A stretch of DNA of 64,000 bases from an uncultured Gammaproteobacteria bacterium (GCA_964617045.1 CAZTVZ010000002.1:12095-76094), one strand, 5' to 3'. Counted from the first letter of the stretch, positions 16,801-26,371 are shown. Notes: generated by a model not told the origin, from the letters alone. Numbers and translations: made by a program.

Positions 16801-19187
16801 TAGTCTCCGGGGGTGGAGTAAAACCTTATATCGTCAATTATTCCTTCCATTCCCTCTCCAATTATCAAGTCTCCTGAAGAAGAGGGGAGAGTATAGAAAG
16901 AACTAAACACTTCATTTACCGCCGGGTTGTCGTTTATCTTTGTCGAAACCATTTTGTTAACAGCGTCGTAAGATATTTCGACGTAATTCCAATCGTTATA
17001 AGTCAGATCGGCATTACCCGAATCATACTGAGTGTCCACCGAATAACCCATGCTGTTTTGGGCGGTAAAAGTGGAATAAATATGTCCCGTCTCCCTCATT
17101 GTTACCTGCCAAGAATTGAGACCGGTTTCGTTATATCTTTTACTGATTATTGTTCTTGACGTGTCGTTGTTGGCTGAAGATGGTCTGATCCAAAAAGAAA
17201 GTCTAAAACTTTCGTCCGCACCGGAAAAATCAAGAAGAGAACTTGCGTCGGTCAAAGTGAAAGAAGAAGAGTATTGATTAAAGATCAGAGATCTTCCCGA
17301 TACCCCGACCTCGTACGAAATTAATCCGTTGGAAATATATTCGTCTCCGTTCGGCCAAGTTTTTACCGGTAAACTTCCGGATGTATCTCCGGGGCTGTTT
17401 GGTTGATCCATAGGAAGCCATGCAACTATGTCTCCATCGGCATTTCTTAATATACTGAACCTTCCGTATCTATCGCTTCTTGTGGAAATTGGAGTACCGG
17501 AATTGTCCGTGGCACGAAACTCATACATGTAGGCTGTTTCGTCTGACAAGCCGGTTGCGGTACAAATAAAATCTTCACTTGTCGAGTTAAAACTCCCGTC
17601 GGAAGCGGTACAGGAAGACCATTCGTTGGGAGATGAAGCATTAAACAAACGAAAATCAACGGAGGCAATATCGCTGGTAAAAGATGCATTTCCGGTTATT
17701 TGATATGAATCTGCTTGGGTAACGGCACCTTTGGTTGCAAATGTGATAACAGGACCGGCGCTTATTGTATCCGGAAGCGTGTAGTTGCTGTATATTTTTA
17801 CCTCGTCCAGGTATCCGGTGTATCTATCGTTCCAGTCGTTAATCTGAAATGCTCCGGTCGATGCAGGTAAGGATTCTCCGTAAAGGGTAGACTCAACTGT
17901 TGGATTATTGTTTACCTTAATTGCGATTGTGCTTTCGGCTGCTTGTTTGTATGCAAATTGAACATGGTTCCATTCCCCAAAAGTGAGAACGGAATTGGTA
18001 TTATCTAGTCCCACAAATCTTTCGTTTATTTCGAGTGCCTCGTTAACTACATTAACAATTGCGTATGCATGGCGGCTTCCGTCCATTGCAATTTGCCAAG
18101 TAAATCCGTCTCCTGCGGTGTTTTGCTTTCCCATGATAAAGTACTTACCAAGCGAACCTCCGATTATTGGTTTTATCCAAAAATCTACAGTGAATTCTTT
18201 TGAGGCACCGTTATACGACAGGTTTCCGTCACCATCCGTATAAATTATTTTTGATGCTCCCTCACGAACGAAGTTGATTGCATTTCCGCTATATCCCCAA
18301 GATACTTGTCTGGGTGGATAATTTGCTTCCGCGTTTGTAGAAATTGTCGAGTAAGTGACTGCACCCTCGGTATCTATGGGTGAAGATATGTCTTCAAACT
18401 TGAACCAGCTTTGAAGAGTCGGCCCGACAACGGGAGTATTTGTTACTTCGTAAATAATGTAACTGCTGGGGATGGTTACATTGCTGTCTCCATCCGTGCC
18501 TCTGATTTCGAAAGAATATGCGGTTTCGTCATCAAGTCCGGTAATTGTACAAGTAAAGGGTTCGTCTTCCCCTTCCATGTCGTCAACGATTTGATCAAAA
18601 ACTCCGTCGTCGGCAGTACAATTGTGCCATCCTCCTTCGGTTTCGTCGTTGGTATCTCTGTATTGGATACTGTTTGTAATTTGATTATCGTAAGCGACTC
18701 CGGTTATTAATACTTGTCCCCCCGAAGAAGTTCCAGAATAAGAGTTCAGCGTAATTGTCGGTCCGAAATTAACATCTATTTCGTATGTTGTATAAAAACC
18801 CGGTTGAGTAGTATTTCCATTGTCATCCCATGCCATAAATTCATAAGTAACTTGTGGCAAATCAGTGGAGGTAAATAATTCAAATACTTCTTCGGTTTCG
18901 TCGTAATCGCCGTCATAAGCCGAAAGACCTGTTGGTGGAAGAAATTCTATATCCCCTTGATTGCGAAATTTAACGCCGGACACAATATCTTCAATGTCTG
19001 TTGCCGTACCGTAAAGAGAAATCATTCCGTCCGAAGTTTCATGAGAATTTATCACTATTGTAGGAGCTGCTTCATCGGCAATAATTGATTTAACAAAATT
19101 GAAGTTTTTTATTAGGTAGAGGGAGATAACAAGAAGGACTAAAATCCCGAGCTTATAGAGCAGTTTTAAATTTTTCAGCAAATTCAT
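13893..19187 (-). CDS. Giant exported surface protein (Ig-like repeats, two LamG domains, beta-propeller, FN3)
   Basis: N-terminal TM/signal; five ~100-aa Ig-like repeats; FTVDFWIKP..WNHV..GYLDEVKIY and LSFWIRP..WNYV..GIIDDIRFY LamG motifs; LWIGT/YWFGG/IWIGS propeller blades; C-terminal FN3. Confidence 0.85.
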   Translation of the reverse strand: MNLLKNLKLLYKLGILVLLVISLYLIKNFNFVKSIIADEAAPTIVINSHETSDGMISLYGTATDIEDIVSGVKFRNQGDIEFLPPTGLSAYDGDYDETEEVFELFTSTDLPQVTYEFMAWDDNGNTTQPGFYTTYEIDVNFGPTITLNSYSGTSSGGQVLITGVAYDNQITNSIQYRDTNDETEGGWHNCTADDGVFDQIVDDMEGEDEPFTCTITGLDDETAYSFEIRGTDGDSNVTIPSSYIIYEVTNTPVVGPTLQSWFKFEDISSPIDTEGAVTYSTISTNAEANYPPRQVSWGYSGNAINFVREGASKIIYTDGDGNLSYNGASKEFTVDFWIKPIIGGSLGKYFIMGKQNTAGDGFTWQIAMDGSRHAYAIVNVVNEALEINERFVGLDNTNSVLTFGEWNHVQFAYKQAAESTIAIKVNNNPTVESTLYGESLPASTGAFQINDWNDRYTGYLDEVKIYSNYTLPDTISAGPVITFATKGAVTQADSYQITGNASFTSDIASVDFRLFNASSPNEWSSCTASDGSFNSTSEDFICTATGLSDETAYMYEFRATDNSGTPISTRSDRYGRFSILRNADGDIVAWLPMDQPNSPGDTSGSLPVKTWPNGDEYISNGLISYEVGVSGRSLIFNQYSSSFTLTDASSLLDFSGADESFRLSFWIRPSSANNDTSRTIISKRYNETGLNSWQVTMRETGHIYSTFTAQNSMGYSVDTQYDSGNADLTYNDWNYVEISYDAVNKMVSTKINDNPAVNEVFSSFYTLPSSSGDLIIGEGMEGIIDDIRFYSTPGDYAPPAITITGPANASRVTDNTPSIVLGFQDASTIVSAEYNVPAYVNEWISITPDDLAWDETSETATVTLPELSDGTYVMFVKATDDRGNTHVYNLDFGEYGYSRPDIVPSYRFVVEATDQTAPDIFVYTIAPNPTIYRDVSIKGFVRDYTLLNEGDTASNIANLKYRIDGGEWVTVDNSTFDSPMEEFEISLSGLNTGTHTIELQATDAAGLTTDPIIGNPHSNVEESFEVIDQPDGLSVTAVSAEIDFRSHVLQDQLASSGVWGNGKLHLKPTLDFDYQALFEKDYFLFGYDFGKAEVSVSPAIDSGFLWIGTDRGDIMYLDKNTNAYTLYPSIHDSRVTQVTEFMAGSNRMLFISYYQSGTTILYDTKGTMSDIGDDTYIAYNSKTNFNVIDGTTYPSETAELYNRGFSVFAVDNTQATTALFVNLNNGEQAEDLGSYYIARIDTKNTFDIEDDTITYWGQSDGIRGDVAEDGYNDIVGTYFDADRNTLVLNSYVNGTYICDLGVTSGDKSDDTCYKTTSGSIDTAAAFSIVEDENNIYWFGGDAGIWTLDTKDTVATDDDVFALMVSIANIGNEHIQKMYWHEGDDPIGSEIIFATREGHIRVFNYNSTYTDTIDDVSYDFSLPDALYRTGNGFGYYIESDDTIWIGSQAVGVSKVEITRSYEEENTVIIIPPLPYGMAAANYFRLESIIGSVSTGSAYSLDDLTSYAISNDGGTTWEEIVYGETVFFPTAGDQLRFRITMTKGSTPILEYIKLVFHSYATTEEAEVYDPDMMISLNTDSGDNNNNSGGSSSGGSSSSGGSCGESAPGSAPYIWKVESLGGDKIKIYFNDSWQPVTDYHLVYGVQSGKYIHGGISVARYGDKSVIVSKLNPNIKYFFKLIPYNRCASGAWSNEVSIKSGSRYSILTNNIRNTVNQVAQKITTNKPDTEQSPLITPSVTPEYKMPAIQEPPKKETIFEKILKFFGLR

Positions 19188-19319
19188 CGCAAATTATTTT
19201 TTTGGACACATATTCATAATGTATCATTTAGCTTCGAAAGGCAACCCCCGTTTTTTTTGTTATCGGAGAAGTGCCAAAATGACTTAGAAATCTCTGCCTG
19301 ATGATGCATTCTGAGTTAC

Positions 19320-19404
19320 TTGACAGGGGTGAAAATGGAGACTAAAATCTCTCTCTGTAAGGTTAAATTTAGGTTATTTCCCTCGTTACGGGGGGATTTT
19401 TTTT
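19320..19404 (+). promoter_or_regulatory. greA promoter and leader with intrinsic terminator (attenuator)
   Basis: TTGACA(19320)-17-TAAAAT(19343); hairpin TTCCCTCG-tta-CGGGGGGA (19378-19396) followed by T8 (19397-19404), 7 nt before the ATG. Confidence 0.7.
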
Positions 19405-19411
19405 GATCTAT

Positions 19412-19873
19412 ATGAACAAACTAGTACAAATGACAAAAGAGGGATTGGAAGCTCTAAAGACCGAGCTCAAAGATTTGGTTGAAGTTAAAAGACCTTCACT
19501 TGTGGAGAGGTTGTCTAATGCCAGATCTCAAGGTGATTTATCCGAAAACTCTGATTATGCCAATGCCAAGGAAGAGTTGGAATTTTTGGATGGAAGAATT
19601 GACGAAATCGGCGAAGTCCTCAAAAACGCCGTTGTTGTAAGCGGCAACGGAAAAAAGGACGGAGTCGGCGTGGGGACAAAAGTAACCGTTAAGGTAAACG
19701 GTTCGGAACATGTTTTTGAAATGGTTGGAGAATGGGAAGCCGATCCTGTAAATAAAAAGATATCTCCCGAATCTCCTTTGGGACAAGCTCTTTGTGGTAA
19801 AAAAGTCGGAGAAAAAGTTGAAGTTGAAGCTCCAGCCGGGACAATATCCTACGAGATAGTAAAAATCGATTAA
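19412..19873 (+). CDS. greA: Transcription elongation factor GreA
   Basis: MTKEG..L..EL, ARSQGDLSENSDY..AKEE and ISPESPLGQAL motifs. Confidence 0.96.
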   Translation: MNKLVQMTKEGLEALKTELKDLVEVKRPSLVERLSNARSQGDLSENSDYANAKEELEFLDGRIDEIGEVLKNAVVVSGNGKKDGVGVGTKVTVKVNGSEHVFEMVGEWEADPVNKKISPESPLGQALCGKKVGEKVEVEAPAGTISYEIVKID

Positions 19874-19919
19874 TCTTCAATCGTAATTTGTTTCCCTTTT
19901 TGCTAGAATAGCCTTAACT

Positions 19920-21476
19920 ATGTATTGGGCAGACAAACTGGCAAAAGAGATCGTTGAATCAGGTAAGCATCTTCCCTATTGGGTAGACGATATGAAGACC
20001 CCTTCCGGATACTCGCATATCGGTTCTTTGCGTGGTCCGATTATCCACTCGATGATTTATCGTGCACTTAAAGATCAAGGTAAAGAGGTAAAGTTTACTT
20101 TTATCTTTAACGATTTTGACTCCGCGGATGAACTTCCTCCGGAATTTAAGGAAGAATACAAAGAGTACATGGGATTTCCTCTTAAAAAAGTTCCTTCTCC
20201 GGATCCCAAATTTCAATCCATGGGAGATCTGTTGGCGGAGGATCTGAAAATTACTCTTCGTGAACTTGGGGTAGAAGGGGAATTTATTTCTTCTTGGGAA
20301 ATGTATCATCAAGGTAAGTTTGATGAGGTAATCAAGGAAGCTTTGGACAATTCGGAGAAGATTCAGGATATTTACCAGAAAGTATCTGGTTCGCAAAAGA
20401 AAGAAAAAGGTTGGCTGCCTTTACAAGTAATGTGCGAAAAATGCGGGAAACTCGGGACGACAAGGGTTTATGAATGGGACGGAAAAGAAGTTTCCTACAA
20501 ATGTGAACCTTCGATGGTTACATGGGCACAGGGCTGTGGACACGAAGGGAAAATTTCACCTTTTGGCGGTAACGGAAAATTGCCCTGGAAGGTGGATTGG
20601 GCAGCACATTGGAAAGTGGTTGGAATAACCATTGAAGGAGCGGGAAAAGATCATGGATCAGCAGGGGGGTCGTACGATATTGCTATGTCACTTTGTGATG
20701 AAGTATTCCACTACCCCAGACCATACAAGCTTCCATACGAATTCTTTTTGATTGGAGGAAAGAAAATGTCTTCTTCCAAAGGCTTGGGACTAAAATCTCA
20801 TGATGTAACAAAGTTGCTTCCTCCGAGTGTGGGAAGATTCCTTTTTTCCAGAACAGATCACAAAGAAGCAATTGATTTTGATCCGGTGGATACGATGACA
20901 ATACCCGATCTTTTTGACGAATACGACAGGTGTAGGGAAGCTTTCGTAACCGGATCCGATGAAGATTTGGGAAGAGCTTACGAATTGGCACAAGTTAATA
21001 GTGCAGACAAATCCAATTGTTATTTACCCAGATTTAGGGAAGTTGCTCAGGTTGTTCAAATGGGAAATATTGATATTGCAAAATACTTTGCGGATAAAAA
21101 GGGAAGTGAACTCAACGAAGAAGAACAAGAAATATTGGACGAAAGAATCAAATATTCCAGAGTATGGCTGGAAAAATATGCCCCGGAAGATGCCAAGTAT
21201 TCATTTAGGGAAAAATTGCCGGAGGTTAATCTTTCCGAAAAACAAAGAGAACTATTGGCAAAATTGTCATCGGAAGTATTCCATTCTAAAGCCCCCGAAG
21301 ATTTGGAAAAAACAATTTATGCAATCTCACAGGAAATGGACATTACTGCAAGAGATGCTTTCGGATCCATATATTCCGTTTTGCTTGGGAAGAATCATGG
21401 ACCAAAAGTTGCCTGGTTAATTTTTGGAATTGGGAAAGAAAAAGTGTCCGAAAGATTTGAGGAAGCTTCAAAATGA
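19920..21476 (+). CDS. lysK: Lysine--tRNA ligase, class I
   Basis: MYWAD, TPSG..HIGS, GKLPWKVDW, GKDH and KMSSSKG motifs. Confidence 0.95.
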   Translation: MYWADKLAKEIVESGKHLPYWVDDMKTPSGYSHIGSLRGPIIHSMIYRALKDQGKEVKFTFIFNDFDSADELPPEFKEEYKEYMGFPLKKVPSPDPKFQSMGDLLAEDLKITLRELGVEGEFISSWEMYHQGKFDEVIKEALDNSEKIQDIYQKVSGSQKKEKGWLPLQVMCEKCGKLGTTRVYEWDGKEVSYKCEPSMVTWAQGCGHEGKISPFGGNGKLPWKVDWAAHWKVVGITIEGAGKDHGSAGGSYDIAMSLCDEVFHYPRPYKLPYEFFLIGGKKMSSSKGLGLKSHDVTKLLPPSVGRFLFSRTDHKEAIDFDPVDTMTIPDLFDEYDRCREAFVTGSDEDLGRAYELAQVNSADKSNCYLPRFREVAQVVQMGNIDIAKYFADKKGSELNEEEQEILDERIKYSRVWLEKYAPEDAKYSFREKLPEVNLSEKQRELLAKLSSEVFHSKAPEDLEKTIYAISQEMDITARDAFGSIYSVLLGKNHGPKVAWLIFGIGKEKVSERFEEASK

Positions 21477-22039
21477 TCAGTAGAGAAAGAGCACTGGAAA
21501 TACTTCACAATAATATGCAAAGCACAAATCTGCGCAGGCATTGTTATGCCGTGGAGGTTGTAATGAAAGCTCTTGCCAAACATTTTAAGGAAGATGGAGA
21601 TAAATGGGCGGTTGTTGGGCTTTTACATGATTCGGATTACGAGATTACGAAAGATAATCCGAAAGAGCACACATTAATTACCTTCAATTGGCTGAAAGAA
21701 ATTGGGGAGGACGATGAAGAAATATTATCTGCAATTTTGTCCCACAACTATGCGCATACGGGTAAGAATGAGCCGAAAAATAAATTGGAATGGTCATTGT
21801 ATACTTGCGACGAATTGACTGGGTTGATTGTTGCATGCGCACTTGTAAAACCGGACAAAAAACTGTCTTCCGTTACCGTGGATACGGTGATAAACAAATG
21901 GAACGAAAAATCGTTTGCCGCAGGTGTTGACAGAAAACAAATTGAATTGTGTGAAGACAAATTGGGAATAAAATTAAACGATTTTATCGGTATTGCCCTG
22001 AAAGCTATGCAGGAAATTGCTCCCGAATTGGGATTATAA
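21473..22039 (+). CDS. HD/HDIG-domain phosphohydrolase
   Basis: RHCYAVE..M, GLLHDSDYE, DELTGLI and FAAGVDR motifs. Confidence 0.88.
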   Translation: MISRERALEILHNNMQSTNLRRHCYAVEVVMKALAKHFKEDGDKWAVVGLLHDSDYEITKDNPKEHTLITFNWLKEIGEDDEEILSAILSHNYAHTGKNEPKNKLEWSLYTCDELTGLIVACALVKPDKKLSSVTVDTVINKWNEKSFAAGVDRKQIELCEDKLGIKLNDFIGIALKAMQEIAPELGL

Positions 22040-22046
22040 TAAATAA

Positions 22047-23285
22047 ATGTTGGACGCAAAATATATTTTAGAAAATTCAACCAAAGTGAAAGACGGAATT
22101 GCTGCGAAGCAGGTTGATCCAAAAATTGTCGATGAATTTATCTCTCTTTCCGAAGAAAGAAAATCAATGATCTCAAAAGTTGAAGAACTTAGATCTAAAA
22201 GGAACGAAATAGCAAAGTTGGGCCAGGCTTCAGAGGAGGGAAAAGAAATCAAAGAAGCTCTTAAAGATATCGAACCGAAATTGGCCGAGGTTGAAGAAAA
22301 ATACAAAAAAGTATTAAGAGAAATTCCCAATCTTCCCGCAGACGATGTAAAAGAAGGAAAAGATGAAAGAGAAAACGATATCGTCAGAAAATGGGGAGAA
22401 CCAAAATCTTTTTCTTTTACTCCAAAAGATCATGTTGAATTGGGAGAAAAATTGGGAATAATCGATATTGAAAGAGCGGCAAAAGTATCCGGAGCGAGGT
22501 TCGCATACTTAAAAGGAGACGGTGCTTTGCTTGAACTTGCACTGTATCAATATGCCGTGGATACTTTGACGAAAGAAGGATTTATCCCCGTAATTCCCCC
22601 TACCATGATCAAGACAGAATCAATGGAAGGAATGGGATATATGGAACACGGAGGGTCTGAAAATATGTATGTATTCGAAAAAGACGGACTTGTAATGGTG
22701 GGGACATCTGAACAATCGATAGGACCGATGCATAAAGGAGAAACAATTCCCCAAGACAAATTGCCCTTAAGGTATTTGGGCATTTCAAGCTGTTTCAGAA
22801 GAGAGACGGGAACTTCGGGAAAAGATATTAGGGGTATTTTAAGAGTCCATGAGTTTCATAAAGTGGAAATGTTCTCGTTTGTTAAACCCGAAGACAGTGA
22901 CGGTGAACATGAACTTTTTCTTTCGCTGGAAGAAAAATTATTACAAACGTTGAACATTCCGTATCAAGTGATAAAAATGTGCAGCGGTGACCTGGGGACT
23001 CCAGCTGCAAGAAAATATGATTTGGAAGCTTGGATTCCATCACAGGAGACTTATAGAGAATTAACTTCCACCTCAACAACAACAGATTACCAGGCAAGAA
23101 GATTGGGTATCAAATACCAGGACGGAATGAATACCGGATATGTACATACCGTTAACGGAACGGCTTTTGCAATCGGAAGAACTTTGATTGCCATATTGGA
23201 GAATTATCAAAACGAAGACGGATCCGTTGATGTGCCGGAAGTACTCAGAAAATACTTGGGCAAAGATAAACTATCTACTTCTTAA
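22047..23285 (+). CDS. serS: Serine--tRNA ligase
   Basis: N-terminal coiled coil; GTSEQ, CFRRE, RVHEFHKVE, KYDLEAW and HTVNGTA motifs. Confidence 0.97.
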   Translation: MLDAKYILENSTKVKDGIAAKQVDPKIVDEFISLSEERKSMISKVEELRSKRNEIAKLGQASEEGKEIKEALKDIEPKLAEVEEKYKKVLREIPNLPADDVKEGKDERENDIVRKWGEPKSFSFTPKDHVELGEKLGIIDIERAAKVSGARFAYLKGDGALLELALYQYAVDTLTKEGFIPVIPPTMIKTESMEGMGYMEHGGSENMYVFEKDGLVMVGTSEQSIGPMHKGETIPQDKLPLRYLGISSCFRRETGTSGKDIRGILRVHEFHKVEMFSFVKPEDSDGEHELFLSLEEKLLQTLNIPYQVIKMCSGDLGTPAARKYDLEAWIPSQETYRELTSTSTTTDYQARRLGIKYQDGMNTGYVHTVNGTAFAIGRTLIAILENYQNEDGSVDVPEVLRKYLGKDKLSTS

Positions 23286-23954
23286 TTCTCTTATCGCTCC
23301 GTTGGCAATCCATTTTGCAGATTTCGAAGAAGGGTATTTATTCATTATTGTTTCGGATAGTTCGATCATCTCATTTTTGAGTTTCGGTCTGTTTTTTCCT
23401 ATTTGCCTGATTGCCCAATTGATTGCTTTTTTGACGAAATTTCTTTCGTCTGTTGCATGCTTAATTAAATATGGAAAGAATTTCTTGAAATCACCGTCTT
23501 TTAATTCTTTATTTTTGACTGCAAGAACTGCCATTAGTGCAAATCCGGCTCTTTTGTAATATTCCCCTTTTTTATTTGTCCACTCGATTGCTTTTTTGTG
23601 AGAGCAGGGGAGACTATACCAAATATTCATACATACTCCGTCGCAAATATCCCAACTATCGAATTCGCTTGCCCATTTGTCCATTTGATTTTCGGTTACC
23701 AATTCGGGTATGTCTATCATTCCGGCAAGATGTCTTGCTTCGTGAATATCGCTATCCCAGAGTTGAAGAGCAAGCTTGTGCAACTCGTTTTCTTTTCCCC
23801 GATATTCTTTTTTTATTGTTGCTGCGGTTTTTCTGAGATAAGGAATGGAAATACCCAAAAGATTGTTCCCTTTAATTCCGAATCTACTCATTCCTTCAAT
23901 GTTTTTTTCGTTTCTTTGTTTTTTTAATTCTGTAATTATGCTTTCGTAATTCAT
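23271..23954 (-). CDS. DNA alkylation repair protein (AlkD-like HEAT repeat)
   Basis: LALQLW..HEAR, SWDICD and DERNFVKKAINWAIRQIGK motifs. Confidence 0.9.
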   Translation of the reverse strand: MNYESIITELKKQRNEKNIEGMSRFGIKGNNLLGISIPYLRKTAATIKKEYRGKENELHKLALQLWDSDIHEARHLAGMIDIPELVTENQMDKWASEFDSWDICDGVCMNIWYSLPCSHKKAIEWTNKKGEYYKRAGFALMAVLAVKNKELKDGDFKKFFPYLIKHATDERNFVKKAINWAIRQIGKNRPKLKNEMIELSETIMNKYPSSKSAKWIANGAIRELRSR

Positions 23955-25114
23955 ATTCTTTTAAAATAAGTTTTACCCTTTAACTTTTCGGGCAATAGAC
24001 TCTTGTCGGAATATTTTTCGTACCCTTTACCGTAACCGATATCTTTCATTAGTTTTGTCGGCGCGTTTCGAATATTGAGAGGAACGGGTAAGTTTCCGTA
24101 TCGCTCCACATCTTTGAGAGCAGCCATATATGCGTCGTAAGATGATCTGTCTTTTTTGGCTAGAGACAGGTAGACAACACCGTGAGCAAGATTCTCGGCA
24201 CATTCGGGATATCCGATTATATGACACGCGTTGAATACTTCATTTGCAACAACAAGTGCAGTCGGTTGTGCCATGCCGATATCTTCGGATGCAAAAACAA
24301 CCATTCGGCGAGCAATGTATAAAGGATCTTGTCCTGCCAAAACCATTCTTGCCAAGTAATAAAGTGCCGCGTTTACATCTGATGCCCGCATTGATTTTAT
24401 AAATGCCGATATAACGTTGTAGAATTCTTCTCCTTGTTTGTCGAAAGTGTATTGCCTTCTTTGTAATGCTTGTTCAACCGTCTTAACGGTTAATATTTTA
24501 GAATTGGTTAAATTTTTGGCAATTTCGAGTACTGTGAGCGAAACCCTGGCATCACCGTTACTGGCCTCTATGAGAAAAGACATTGCGTCTTCGTTCATTT
24601 TTACCTTTAGCTTAAGGAGGCCTTTTTTGATTATCTTTTTCAGTTCTTTTTTCGTATGGCTGTTCATTATCAAAACCCTGGTTCGGGAGAGCAAAGGACC
24701 GATTACTTCGAAGGAGGGATTTTCCGTTGTTGCTCCGATTAATGTTATGTCTCCTTTTTCAACAAAGGGAAGCAATTTGTCCTGCTGCGCTTTGTTGAAA
24801 CGGTGTATCTCGTCAATCAGAACAACGGGGGGCTGGTCATTGTCCGGCTTCATAACTTTCTGAATTTCTTTCACCGATGCGGATACTGCCGAGAATTCAA
24901 AATACTCTCTTTTTAAAGTGTTTGCGATTATCCTTGCGAGTGTTGTTTTTCCAACACCGGGAGGTCCCCAAAAAACGAGAGATGGAAAGAATCCGGTTTT
25001 CTTGGCGTTAAGAAGAAGTTTTGTAACAATACCATTGTTTCCCACCAAATGTTCTTGCCCCACATAATCGTTAATGGTTTTTGGACGCAAGGTTTCTGCT
25101 AAAGGAACACTCAT
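23951..25114 (-). CDS. rarA: Replication-associated recombination protein A
   Basis: PLAETLRP, WGPPGVGKTT, DEIHRFNKAQQD, GATTENPSF and ASEDIG motifs. Confidence 0.96.
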   Translation of the reverse strand: MSVPLAETLRPKTINDYVGQEHLVGNNGIVTKLLLNAKKTGFFPSLVFWGPPGVGKTTLARIIANTLKREYFEFSAVSASVKEIQKVMKPDNDQPPVVLIDEIHRFNKAQQDKLLPFVEKGDITLIGATTENPSFEVIGPLLSRTRVLIMNSHTKKELKKIIKKGLLKLKVKMNEDAMSFLIEASNGDARVSLTVLEIAKNLTNSKILTVKTVEQALQRRQYTFDKQGEEFYNVISAFIKSMRASDVNAALYYLARMVLAGQDPLYIARRMVVFASEDIGMAQPTALVVANEVFNACHIIGYPECAENLAHGVVYLSLAKKDRSSYDAYMAALKDVERYGNLPVPLNIRNAPTKLMKDIGYGKGYEKYSDKSLLPEKLKGKTYFKRI

Positions 25115-25155
25115 TCGGTCATTTTATACCCAAAGAAAAACCGAAGTAAAGGAGA

Positions 25156-26298
25156 TTATTTATTGAATGATTGAAGTGCCTCTTTTTTAGCTATCAAATA
25201 AGCACCGGTTCCGACGAGTAACACGAAAAAGTTTACGACTCCTCCTATTACGGGAGGAACAATTACGACAGCATAAACAACAAGTCCGAGAAGATATGCA
25301 AGATATGGCGATTTGTTGGGCAGGATCTTTTTGCCCAAGGCATAAATTGTAAATATCTTGGCAACATAGAGCATTATCAAATACACAGGAAGGATTATGA
25401 AGGCAAGAGGAATTCCTATTACAGTTGCAAGCAGAATTATGAAAGCGAAAGGAGTCAAAAATACTGTTGCGAATCCAAGACCCATCGATTTCCAAAAATG
25501 TTTTGATACTGCTTCCGAAGATCCGTCCATGAACTTCTTGGACATTTTAATTATCAACATTCCGATAACAAGCAAAGATAATGTTCCCAGAATTCTTGCC
25601 CCCAAACTCATTCTCCCGAATTCTTCCCTGGTTTTCTCCCAATCCTTGTTGGCCTCTACTTTTACAGGCATGGGGTGTTCTATTACTTGACCTTTAACAA
25701 TTGCTGTTTGTGCGATTGTCGGTTTTACATCACTCCAATATTCGAATTTACCCAAGACATTGGCATTTTCGCCAAGCTTTATTTCACCCGCAACAACATC
25801 GAAATCTTTGGCCACTTTATTGTTCAAAATTACGTTACCGGCGGCAATATCGACGTTGTCGTTTATAGGTCCGTTAATTTCTATTGACCCTCCCGCGGCA
25901 ACAAAAGATCCGTTTATTACTGCATCTTCATCAATTATGATTTGTCCTCCGGCAACGGAAACATTTTTTCCGATTTTCCCTTTTATGTTTACTTGGCCTC
26001 CGATGATACGAAGATCTTCTTTTACTTCACCGGATATGGTAATTTCGCCTCCCGTAACCAAAAGATCGCCGTTTATTTTACCTGAAATATCAATTTTTCC
26101 TCCGGCAACATATGTATCTCCGGTTATTGTTCCTGCCAGATCTACTTGTTCTCCGTATGCGAAATAGGGATTGTGAATAATAATCGTTTTCTTATCAACC
26201 GAAAAATTCTTCATTTCCGGCAATTGTTCTTGGGCAAGCGCCCTTATCGGGAAGACAATAGAAAGAAGAAGAGACAATGCAAAAAATATTTTCTTCAC
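25156..26298 (-). CDS. Membrane protein with polymer-forming (bactofilin-like) beta-helix and C-terminal TM bundle
   Basis: Signal peptide, repeated GG.I.I.G.I.GD units and about 4-5 C-terminal TM helices (IGIPLA). Start inferred at GTG 26298. Confidence 0.8.
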   Translation of the reverse strand: MKKIFFALSLLLSIVFPIRALAQEQLPEMKNFSVDKKTIIIHNPYFAYGEQVDLAGTITGDTYVAGGKIDISGKINGDLLVTGGEITISGEVKEDLRIIGGQVNIKGKIGKNVSVAGGQIIIDEDAVINGSFVAAGGSIEINGPINDNVDIAAGNVILNNKVAKDFDVVAGEIKLGENANVLGKFEYWSDVKPTIAQTAIVKGQVIEHPMPVKVEANKDWEKTREEFGRMSLGARILGTLSLLVIGMLIIKMSKKFMDGSSEAVSKHFWKSMGLGFATVFLTPFAFIILLATVIGIPLAFIILPVYLIMLYVAKIFTIYALGKKILPNKSPYLAYLLGLVVYAVVIVPPVIGGVVNFFVLLVGTGAYLIAKKEALQSFNK

Positions 26299-26371
26299 AA
26301 TAATAATGATATTCTCACATATATTTTGAGTCAATATATTATATTTGCCTCATTCCTGATAAAATGTATGC

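Noticed and set aside
19197-19258. Poly-T tracts upstream of the giant adhesin as phase-variation sites
   Set aside because: Runs of only 7-8 nt are common in this AT-rich sequence; no supporting evidence.
12960-19320. Genomic island bounded by a tRNA-Glu direct repeat
   Set aside because: No duplicate of the tRNA 3' end near greA and no integrase in the interval.
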